64,000 bases of DNA from Acetofilamentum sp. GTDB lineage: Bacteria; Bacteroidota; Bacteroidia; Bacteroidales; DYOH01. Below, in pieces: positions 56,486 through 64,000 of this stretch. The notes beneath the pieces were generated by a model. It was not told where the DNA came from, ran no database searches, and saw only the letters and a program-made list of their open reading frames with translations. The first letter of the stretch is position 1; every line of letters begins with the position of its first letter. The stretch covers positions 11,848 to 75,847 of the forward strand of contig DYOH01000007.1 of assembly GCA_020720625.1 (NCBI GenBank), given 5' to 3'. Made by a program: the position numbers and the translations under genes.

Positions 56486-58039
56486 ATGAGGCATTTATTT
56501 CTGATTCTATTATTTTTTACATTGCTTGGACATTTGGCAGCGCAGCAGTCTTTTCGCGACAGCGAAATTTTGATGCAAAAAGGCGATTCTCTGTATCAAT
56601 TGCAAAATTATTCTGCTGCGCTTTCTTTGTATGCGGCCGCTTTTCAGCTTTTTGAATCCACCGATTCGGTATCTCTTAAAGCTTTGTTGCAATCTAAAAT
56701 GGCTTTGATGAACGATTATCTCGGAAATTATAATAAGGCTTTGAAACTTTATTTAGAAGCTTTGCTTTATTTCGAAAAAATGAATGACATTGCGGAGATG
56801 GCCAAAGTTTATAATAATATTGGTGCTTTGCACTTTTTTCAGCAAAATTTTGGCGAAGCATTAATCTATTACGAGCAATCCCTGAAACTGGAATTGAAGC
56901 AAGACAATCAGCTTGGAATGGCTCAATCTTACGAGAATATTGGTATTATCTATAAAAAATCCGGTCAATTTTCCAAAGCCGAAGACTATTATCTCGATGC
57001 CTATCAGATTTATAAATCTTTAAACAAAGCAAAAAGTATTTCCAATGTACTGGTAAACCTTGGCTCTCTTAAGATATCGCAAAATGAAGCAATAAAAGGC
57101 ATTCGTTTTCTAAACGAAGCATTGTTGGTTCAGGAGTCGAATTCGGATTTTACCGGAATGGCTTTTACTTACAACAATTTAGCGGATGCGTTTAGAATAA
57201 TGAAACGTTTTCCGGAAGCAACGAAAGCGTATGAAAAGGCTGCGGATGTTTCTTTAAAAATTGGATTAAACGAACAAATTCGCTATGCTTACTTAAATTT
57301 GGCCGAATTACATGCTGAGCTGAACAATTTTCAACTGGCCTATTTTTATTTTCGTAAATTTTCTGTGGCAAAAGATTCTGTATTTAACCAGGAAAAAAGC
57401 AAGCAGTTTGCCGAATTGCAAACCAAATATGAAACAGAAAAAAAAGAACTGCTTATTAAGCAACAATCAGATAGACATTTACAGGATATACAGAAAATCC
57501 GGATTTCCATTTTTTTGTTACTATTTTTTTTGGGTTTGATTATTTTGCTTACCATATTATATGTGAAAAACCGCAATGCATACCGATTTTTAGCGCATTT
57601 GAATAAAGAACTTGCCTTACAGGAAGCTGATAGATATATTATTCAAAATGAGAATACGCAATCCGACAAGTATAGTGCTTCCACCCTTTCGGAGGAGCAA
57701 AAATCAAAACTAAAACTAAAACTTTTACACTTGCTCGATGCCGAAAAAGTGTACCTGAATCCCAATTTGAGTCTGGATGATTTGGCTAAAATGCTAAAAA
57801 CAAATAAAAAATACGTATCTCAGCTCATCAACGAAGATTTTAAATCAAATTTTAATCATCTGATTAATCAATATCGTATCAAGGATGCCCGGGTTTTGCT
57901 TTTATCCGAAGATAATAAGAAGCTAAATCTGGAAGGAATAGCCGAAAAATGCGGATTTAATAACCGTGTTTCTTTTACTACTGCCTTTAAGCGAATTACC
58001 GGATTGAGTCCTTCGTATTACATTAAAAATAAGCGCTAA
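56486..58039 (+). CDS. Exported-TPR / TM / AraC-family HTH one-component regulator
   Basis: 517-aa ORF. Signal peptide ending in LAAQ, about 7 TPRs, TM helix ISIFLLLFFLGLIILLTILYV, and a C-terminal AraC HTH (LSLDDLAKMLKTNKKYVSQLIN...IAEKCGFNNRVSFTTAFKRITGLSPSYY). Confidence 0.85.
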   Translation: MRHLFLILLFFTLLGHLAAQQSFRDSEILMQKGDSLYQLQNYSAALSLYAAAFQLFESTDSVSLKALLQSKMALMNDYLGNYNKALKLYLEALLYFEKMNDIAEMAKVYNNIGALHFFQQNFGEALIYYEQSLKLELKQDNQLGMAQSYENIGIIYKKSGQFSKAEDYYLDAYQIYKSLNKAKSISNVLVNLGSLKISQNEAIKGIRFLNEALLVQESNSDFTGMAFTYNNLADAFRIMKRFPEATKAYEKAADVSLKIGLNEQIRYAYLNLAELHAELNNFQLAYFYFRKFSVAKDSVFNQEKSKQFAELQTKYETEKKELLIKQQSDRHLQDIQKIRISIFLLLFFLGLIILLTILYVKNRNAYRFLAHLNKELALQEADRYIIQNENTQSDKYSASTLSEEQKSKLKLKLLHLLDAEKVYLNPNLSLDDLAKMLKTNKKYVSQLINEDFKSNFNHLINQYRIKDARVLLLSEDNKKLNLEGIAEKCGFNNRVSFTTAFKRITGLSPSYYIKNKR

Positions 58040-58041
58040 AA

Positions 58042-58617
58042 TTAGTATTTGGCGCTACCTTTGCCCGAAGGACGCAGAAAATATCCGAAGACACCGCCAA
58101 AAACGCCGCCTATAATATGGGCAAATTGCGATACATTATCGCTTTTAAAACTATTGATTATTTCCTGTCCCAGAAATAAGGCTATCACCAGCACAAAAGT
58201 TAGTGGTATACCCGATTCTTTGGTATTGGTAAACGATATGAGAATGATAAACATAAAAACAATTCCGCTCGCACCCAATAATGCCGTATTGAGGAATAAA
58301 ACATTTAAAATACCTGTAAAGCCTGCCGTTACCAAAATCATTAACAATAGCTTTTGCGAACCATATTTTTCTTCTAAAATCGGTCCCAAAAGCAAAATGT
58401 AGGTCATGTTGCCTACCAAATGCGCCATGCTCGAATAATCGTGCCCGATAATATGGGTGAATAAACGAACGTATTCCAATGGATTACTCCAGTTGATGCT
58501 CGGTGGAACACTGAACATGGTTACAAACGAGCCTGCGGTAAAAACATTCAAAAAATATACAATGGTGCAAAATAGTGCATAAGATAACACCAGGGGTGAA
58601 TTGTAGTGTAGTTTCAT
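58042..58617 (-). CDS. Rhomboid-family intramembrane serine protease (6-TM core)
   Basis: 191-aa ORF. Motifs: HLVGNM, the catalytic GASGIVFM, and AHIIGGVFG (the His-bearing helix). Confidence 0.85.
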   Translation of the reverse strand: MKLHYNSPLVLSYALFCTIVYFLNVFTAGSFVTMFSVPPSINWSNPLEYVRLFTHIIGHDYSSMAHLVGNMTYILLLGPILEEKYGSQKLLLMILVTAGFTGILNVLFLNTALLGASGIVFMFIILISFTNTKESGIPLTFVLVIALFLGQEIINSFKSDNVSQFAHIIGGVFGGVFGYFLRPSGKGSAKY

Positions 58618-58636
58618 AAACGGTATACTTTTAGTT

Positions 58637-60517
58637 TTAGTTGATATTTTGACAATATTTTTCGAAATTTTCTTTGGCTTCGGATACTCCTAATTGCATG
58701 GCTTTGCTTATTTCGGCGCATCCTTCGGCTTTTAATCCTGATCTGTTTTTGGCTATTCCTCGGTATAAATATGCTTTGTGATATGCCGGATTAAGTTGCA
58801 GTATTTGGCTAAAATCTGATATGGCTTCCATATTTTTTTGCAGGTTGATTCTGGCAATTCCACGATTAAAATAGGCATCGGCATAAGTGGGCATGAGTTG
58901 CACTAAGGTGTTGCAATCGCTTTCCGCTTCGGAAAATTTTTTTACCGTCAGATATGTTACCGCGCGATTGAACAAGGCCTTGGTATGTTGCGGATTTTGC
59001 TGTACACACAGCGTAAAGTCGGCGATGGAGCCTTCGTAATTACCGGTGTAAAATTTTGTATTCCCTCGGTTATAAATAGCATCCGTATAAAACGGACTTA
59101 TGGCAATTGCCTTGTCGTAACTTTCAATAGCCTTTTCGTAGTTCTGTATATCGTAATAAGCTACTGCTAAATTATACCAGGCTGAGGGGGTATGCGGGTA
59201 TAAACCAAGTACCCTGTCCCAAAGACTAAAACTATCTTTCCAAACCTTTATTTGTTGTGTGGTTAAATAGGCCGTATAAAGCATATATATCATAGCTATG
59301 GACGCAACTGCCACCCCAAATTTTGGCCGTTTGTTCCAAAGGTATACTATGCCGTAGCTAAATAAAAAAATCATTCCCAGTGAGGCTACATAAGTATATC
59401 TGTCGGACATAATAACTCCGCCTACCGGTATAAATTGGAGTACAAAAGCCAGATTAGCTAGTAGAAAAAGGAAGGAAAAAACAATAAAACGGTTTCTTTT
59501 CCGGAAGTATATAATGCTGAAAAGAATAAGGAACGCCGGAATGAGATAAAGCAAAAAATGCGGTGGAACTATCGATATACCCAAATCTTTGGGGTAGGGA
59601 TAAATGGGCGATAGATTATAGGGATATAATAATTTGCCTATGTAATTTACCAAGGCATAAGCAGCGTAAATGCTGCGTTCGCCGGCATCGTATAAATTCT
59701 CCTGATGCATGTAGCCTTTGCTTTTTTGCGCCCAAATGGCTACCAGGCCAAAAATAAAGGATAATACAAAAAATGGAATTTTCTCCAGAATTACTTTTTT
59801 CGAAAATAGTTTTCTGTTATACAAATAATCTATAGCTACAATACTTAAGGAAAGGGCCACGGCCATTCCTTTACTTAAGATGGATAAAACAAAAAGCGCG
59901 AGCGAAAAAAACAGAAACATCATTTTTTCCTTGCGCAAATAATAGAGATAGGATACAATGGATGCAAAATAAAACATGGCATATAAAACATCTTTTCTTT
60001 CCGAAACCCAGGCCACCGACTCAACGTGTTGGGTGGCTACGCCAAAAAACAGGGCTCCCAAAAAGGCGAATATCTCTTTCCTTTCCCTAAAAAAATGGCT
60101 GCCCAATAGCCATAAAATCCAGAAAATGAGTAATGTGTTGGCCAAATGTAAGGCAATATTGCTTATGTGGTAGGGTTTTGGGCTTAATTCTCCAATTTGA
60201 TAATCGATGGCCAGACTTAGCATAGTTAGCGGATGGTAATTGCCATCGTGTGGTTCAAATAGCAATACTTTCTGGCTTTTTGTACTTAAAGAGCTTATTT
60301 TGGGATTTTCGGTTACATATTTATCATCATCCAGGTTTACCCACAGATTTTTTGTGGCGGGGTAGAAACTTACAAGTGTTATTATCAACACCATGAATAG
60401 GCCAATCCAGGTTGCGGGGCTTGTTGATAAGCCAAGCGGTTTAGTTTGTGTATTGGGCTTGATTTCTTTGTTTATAGATACTTGTTTGTTTTTTGGTGCT
60501 ATATTTTTTTTCTTCAT
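58637..60517 (-). CDS. TMTC-like protein: GT-C/PMT-like polytopic membrane domain (DUF1736-like) fused to C-terminal TPR repeats
   Basis: The track start at 60526 is a TTG; the ATG is at 60517. N-terminal motif: WVNLDDDKYVTENP...YHPLTMLSLAIDY...YHISNIALHLANTLLIF. About 10 TM helices are followed by about 5 TPRs (AWYNLAVAYYD..., AIYNRGNTKF..., ALFNRAVTYL..., AYFNRGIARI..., AYLYRGIAK). Confidence 0.8.
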   Translation of the reverse strand: MKKKNIAPKNKQVSINKEIKPNTQTKPLGLSTSPATWIGLFMVLIITLVSFYPATKNLWVNLDDDKYVTENPKISSLSTKSQKVLLFEPHDGNYHPLTMLSLAIDYQIGELSPKPYHISNIALHLANTLLIFWILWLLGSHFFRERKEIFAFLGALFFGVATQHVESVAWVSERKDVLYAMFYFASIVSYLYYLRKEKMMFLFFSLALFVLSILSKGMAVALSLSIVAIDYLYNRKLFSKKVILEKIPFFVLSFIFGLVAIWAQKSKGYMHQENLYDAGERSIYAAYALVNYIGKLLYPYNLSPIYPYPKDLGISIVPPHFLLYLIPAFLILFSIIYFRKRNRFIVFSFLFLLANLAFVLQFIPVGGVIMSDRYTYVASLGMIFLFSYGIVYLWNKRPKFGVAVASIAMIYMLYTAYLTTQQIKVWKDSFSLWDRVLGLYPHTPSAWYNLAVAYYDIQNYEKAIESYDKAIAISPFYTDAIYNRGNTKFYTGNYEGSIADFTLCVQQNPQHTKALFNRAVTYLTVKKFSEAESDCNTLVQLMPTYADAYFNRGIARINLQKNMEAISDFSQILQLNPAYHKAYLYRGIAKNRSGLKAEGCAEISKAMQLGVSEAKENFEKYCQNIN

Positions 60518-60834
60518 TTCCTGCAAATTTCTAAAATTAAAGCCCTAAATTAAGTTTTTGTTTTTATTTTAAAAATTGATTGCTATTGTTTTGGAATTTT
60601 TTGCCACTTGAAAAAATGGCAAATGCTGCGATGCTATTTATAAAAACCGAATTCAGCAATAAATAATTTGTTTGGGATATTTTCCGCAAAATAGAGTTTA
60701 ATTGATGCATTGTTTCACTTTTGAAATAACTCCGCCTATACTGATTAATATTTCGCGTCAAAAATGTAATCGATTTTCTTTTTTTATAAATTTGCACGCA
60801 AAAAGCAAAAATTTATTTTATATAAGCATGAATT

Positions 60835-63800
60835 ATGCAAAACTTAAGTGCTAAAAAATATATTGAAAAATATGCCCAACCGGAATCCATTACCAAAGGA
60901 AGGCAAATCTATAACATGAATGGCGTTTTAGACGCGAATTATAATTTTTCTACCGGGGTTTGGACCATTGAAGTACAGGGTACTTATACCTACAAAGTAA
61001 AAATATGGGAAGGACTTAATTTGATTGCCCAAACCAGTTGCTCTTGTCCGTACGATTGGGGTGGAATTTGCAAACACACCGTTGCCGCACTTTTGCATGT
61101 GGATGCACATCATAATGGTATGGCACCAAAAACAGCCTTAAATCGAAGGCATCTGCTCGAAAACGAATCCGGAACTTTTTATAAGTTAGACGATTATCAA
61201 AAAGTGGAGCGAAAAATTCTGGATACTAATTTGCGTTATTATTATGTAAACCCGATTAAGTACAATTGGATAATAATTAAAACAGAGAATAAACTAACTT
61301 TTAATTGCATTGAGAACAACAGAATTTCCATCAAAATTATTAAAAATGAAAATGACGTATTTATTCAGGGCTTAGATTATTTGCAGGCGGAAGGAGCGAA
61401 TTTATCGCAATCTGAATACTATCTGCTCAAAAATGTTGTTGAAACCAATCAATCTGATATTTTTTATAGGTTTTTCAACAATTTTTATGATGAGTTCGAA
61501 AAAAAAACGCTACTGAATTACAAGCTAAAGGGCAAAGTTTTCAACGATTACTTTCAATTTTTGTTCACACCTGCGGGTCAGATTTCTATCGCGGTAAAAG
61601 AAAAGCATTTCGGGCTTTTGCCTGCCGATATTGATAAAAGTAGTTTTGTACAATCGTTAGTGGCCGGATTAAGTGCTAGCGAAAAAAAAATTAACCTTCC
61701 GGAAGCAAAGGAAGAGCGCATTCTTGGGTTTATTATTGATTATCAATACGAAATAAGCGTAATACCCATGATTGGAAATCCTGACAAAAAGAGGCTGAAC
61801 TTAAATAAAATTGAAGTGTACGAAACCGCTCTGCACGAGAAATATAAAATTGAGATTAGCCCAAATCAGAACAAAATTATTCAATCGGGCAATACGGTTT
61901 TTAAGAACTTTCTTCAACAATACAAAAAATTTATTCCACTATTTGAAGCTTTGGCCAAAGAAAAATTCGTTTATTATAATACGGCAATGTCGAATCAATA
62001 CCGTTTAAGAGATTTGCAAACGGTGAACATAATAAATCAGGAGCCTATTCTTAGGTTTATTATTACGGAAGACGATCAGTTTATCTTTGCTTCAATCGTA
62101 TGTGAGGTAATGGATAAAAGAATAAATTTGAATACTGTAGATTATGAATTATTAAACACCGGAATTTTAAAAACGGAGAATTCAATCTCTTTTTTTTCTA
62201 ATATAAAAGCTTTTCAGATTTTACTGGATAGCCCGCCAAGTTTCAAAATTGTGAAAGAGCGGAAATCCGAATTTTTACAAAAATTTATCAAGCCAATTTC
62301 ATCTTTTGTGGAGATTGATTTTTCAAAAAGTACCTACGATTGGGAAACGCATAATATTGATTTTTCCAAAAAGCAAATTTACCTATCGGAAAATAATGAG
62401 CATTTAATTATTAAACCGGCTGTGGTTTACAAAGATAAACCGGTTTATTTGTCGGGAGCCATCAATATTATTGAGGAATCAGACAATAAAGTGTTGCAGC
62501 TTAACCGAAATATTGAATTAGAAAAAGAATTTTTAATCCAAATTGCCGATTTACATCCCGATTTTTCTAATCAAATAGCCGATGAAGAGTTTTATATTCA
62601 TTATGATGAATTTTTGAAAAACAATTGGTTTTTCAGGTTTTTTGAACACATGCAAAAAAATCATGTAGAAGTTTATGGATTAAAAGAGCTTAGGAAATTT
62701 AAGTATTCACCCTTTCAGGCCAAAGTGAATACACAAATAAACTCCGGACAGGATTGGTTCGATATTCGTGTAAATATCAGTTTTGGAAACGAAAACATTC
62801 GTTTACAAGATATTCGGCAGGCTATCGTAAACAATCGAAACTACATTATTTTAAAGGATGGCACTATAGGTATTTTGCCCGAAATATGGATTCAGAAACT
62901 CGAAAAATACCTGAGACACGGAAAAATCGACAAAGACGAGCTTAAAATTTCTAAACTTAAATTTAGTATCATCAACGAATTGTTTGAGAACATTGATAAT
63001 GAACAAATATTAGCTGAATTAGCGCAAAAAAGAGCAGAGCTTGCTCAGTTTGAAAAAATTGAAAATATTAAGCTTCCAATAGAAATTAAAGCTCAGTTAA
63101 GACACTATCAGAAGGAAGGATACAACTGGCTGCATTTTTTAGATAAATTTAGATGGGGTGGCATTCTGGCCGATGATATGGGACTTGGTAAGACATTGCA
63201 AATATTGACATTTTTACGTTCGATTGTAAAAATCAATAAAAAAACCAATTTAATTATCGTTCCTACAACTTTGTTGTTTAACTGGCAAAAAGAAATAGAA
63301 AAATTTACTCCCGACCTAAAGGCATTTTATCATTATGGAGCCGGCAGGATGCAAAATACTGACATGTTCGATCAGTACGATATCGTATTTACCACCTACG
63401 GAACTCTGCTTCGGGATATCGAATTTATGAAAAATTACCCTTTCAACTACCAAATTTTAGACGAATCGCAGGCCATAAAAAATCCGCTTTCCATGCGCTA
63501 TAAAGTGGCCGCACTTATTCTGGCCGAAAATCGTATCGCCCTTACCGGAACGCCCATAGAAAACAGTACTTTCGACCTTTATGCCCAACTGAATTTTGTA
63601 AACCCGGGCATATTTGGCTCGGTGAAAGATTTTAAAACCAATTACAGCAATGCCATAGATATCAATAGAAACGAAGAAATAGCCCGCGAATTGCAAAAAG
63701 TGATTAATCCCTTTGTACTTAGGCGTACCAAGGAGCAGGTGGCTAAAGAGTTGCCACCTAAAGTGGAAAACGTAATTTATTGCGAAATGGGCAGCGAACA

Positions 63801-64000
63801 ACGTCGTGTTTATGATGCTTACAAAAACGAATACCGCGAAAAATTGCTTCGGAATATTGAAAAAGAGGGCATAAACAAATCTAAGCTGATGATTCTCGAA
63901 GCGCTTACTCGCTTGCGCCAGATTTGCGATTCGCCTGCTTTGCTTAAAGATGAGCTAATTGCCACTGCCGAATCTATCAAAATTAAGGAAATTATCAATC
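60835..64000 (+). CDS. SWIM zinc-finger / SNF2_assoc / SNF2-family helicase, 3'-truncated by the window edge (absent from the supplied ORF track)
   Basis: I translated this frame by hand from the ATG at 60835 and found no stop through 64000 (1055 codons). SWIM motif: CSCPYDWGGICKHTVAAL. SNF2_assoc-like region: DWFDIRVNISFGNENIRLQDIRQAIVNNRNYIILKDGTIGILPE. Helicase motifs: LRHYQKEGYNWL, LADDMGLGKTLQ, ILDESQAIKNP, LTGTPIENS. Confidence 0.9.
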   Translation, partial: MQNLSAKKYIEKYAQPESITKGRQIYNMNGVLDANYNFSTGVWTIEVQGTYTYKVKIWEGLNLIAQTSCSCPYDWGGICKHTVAALLHVDAHHNGMAPKTALNRRHLLENESGTFYKLDDYQKVERKILDTNLRYYYVNPIKYNWIIIKTENKLTFNCIENNRISIKIIKNENDVFIQGLDYLQAEGANLSQSEYYLLKNVVETNQSDIFYRFFNNFYDEFEKKTLLNYKLKGKVFNDYFQFLFTPAGQISIAVKEKHFGLLPADIDKSSFVQSLVAGLSASEKKINLPEAKEERILGFIIDYQYEISVIPMIGNPDKKRLNLNKIEVYETALHEKYKIEISPNQNKIIQSGNTVFKNFLQQYKKFIPLFEALAKEKFVYYNTAMSNQYRLRDLQTVNIINQEPILRFIITEDDQFIFASIVCEVMDKRINLNTVDYELLNTGILKTENSISFFSNIKAFQILLDSPPSFKIVKERKSEFLQKFIKPISSFVEIDFSKSTYDWETHNIDFSKKQIYLSENNEHLIIKPAVVYKDKPVYLSGAINIIEESDNKVLQLNRNIELEKEFLIQIADLHPDFSNQIADEEFYIHYDEFLKNNWFFRFFEHMQKNHVEVYGLKELRKFKYSPFQAKVNTQINSGQDWFDIRVNISFGNENIRLQDIRQAIVNNRNYIILKDGTIGILPEIWIQKLEKYLRHGKIDKDELKISKLKFSIINELFENIDNEQILAELAQKRAELAQFEKIENIKLPIEIKAQLRHYQKEGYNWLHFLDKFRWGGILADDMGLGKTLQILTFLRSIVKINKKTNLIIVPTTLLFNWQKEIEKFTPDLKAFYHYGAGRMQNTDMFDQYDIVFTTYGTLLRDIEFMKNYPFNYQILDESQAIKNPLSMRYKVAALILAENRIALTGTPIENSTFDLYAQLNFVNPGIFGSVKDFKTNYSNAIDINRNEEIARELQKVINPFVLRRTKEQVAKELPPKVENVIYCEMGSEQRRVYDAYKNEYREKLLRNIEKEGINKSKLMILEALTRLRQICDSPALLKDELIATAESIKIKEIIN

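Noticed and set aside
60564-60797. 77-aa basic ORF in the divergent intergenic region between the TMTC-like gene and the SWIM-SNF2 gene.
   Set aside because: It has no recognisable motif or signal, a low-complexity Asn/Lys/Ser-rich translation, and sits where two divergent promoters are expected. I cannot support it as a gene.

Overview
AT-rich chromosomal segment with Bacteroidota hallmarks: TAnnTTTG -7 promoter motifs, a uppS-bamA-ompH-ompH-murI envelope cluster, DUF6089-type barrels, a TonB-dependent receptor with a CarboxypepD_reg N-domain, and many signal-peptide/TPR proteins. I can support about 50 protein genes, 2 tRNAs (Gly-GCC, Leu-UAA) and several rho-independent terminators. Most genes are housekeeping: proS, htpG, murI, bamA, uppS, nadK, accA, dnaB, sucC, tgt, rsmG, an ABC-F ATPase and a saccharopine dehydrogenase-like gene. 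I saw no transposase, integrase, CRISPR array, rRNA or prophage signature, so the window looks like core chromosome, not an island. The most interesting locus is the minus-strand cluster at 42.7-47.8 kb. It encodes an OmpA-like exported protein, a stand-alone YfiR/DUF4154 periplasmic protein, and a translationally coupled dCache-sized/HAMP/MCP chemoreceptor. The receptor ends in a flexible tail with an xFxxY (NWETF-like) pentapeptide. An orphan ABC ATPase and a 68-aa membrane protein follow. This resembles the YfiB/YfiR/YfiN envelope-stress module, with the diguanylate cyclase replaced by a chemoreceptor output. A second DUF4154 domain (28.8-30.6 kb) is fused through a TM helix to a PP2C/SpoIIE domain whose catalytic motifs look degenerate. 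Other points: a 1055-codon SWIM-SNF2 ORF (60835 to window end) is absent from the supplied ORF track because it has no stop in the window. There is also a Tyr-rich/Ser-rich low-complexity lipoprotein, a roughly 130-nt nested inverted-repeat element between convergent genes, and several exported-TPR one-component regulators. All family assignments rest on motif recognition by eye. No database search was run.
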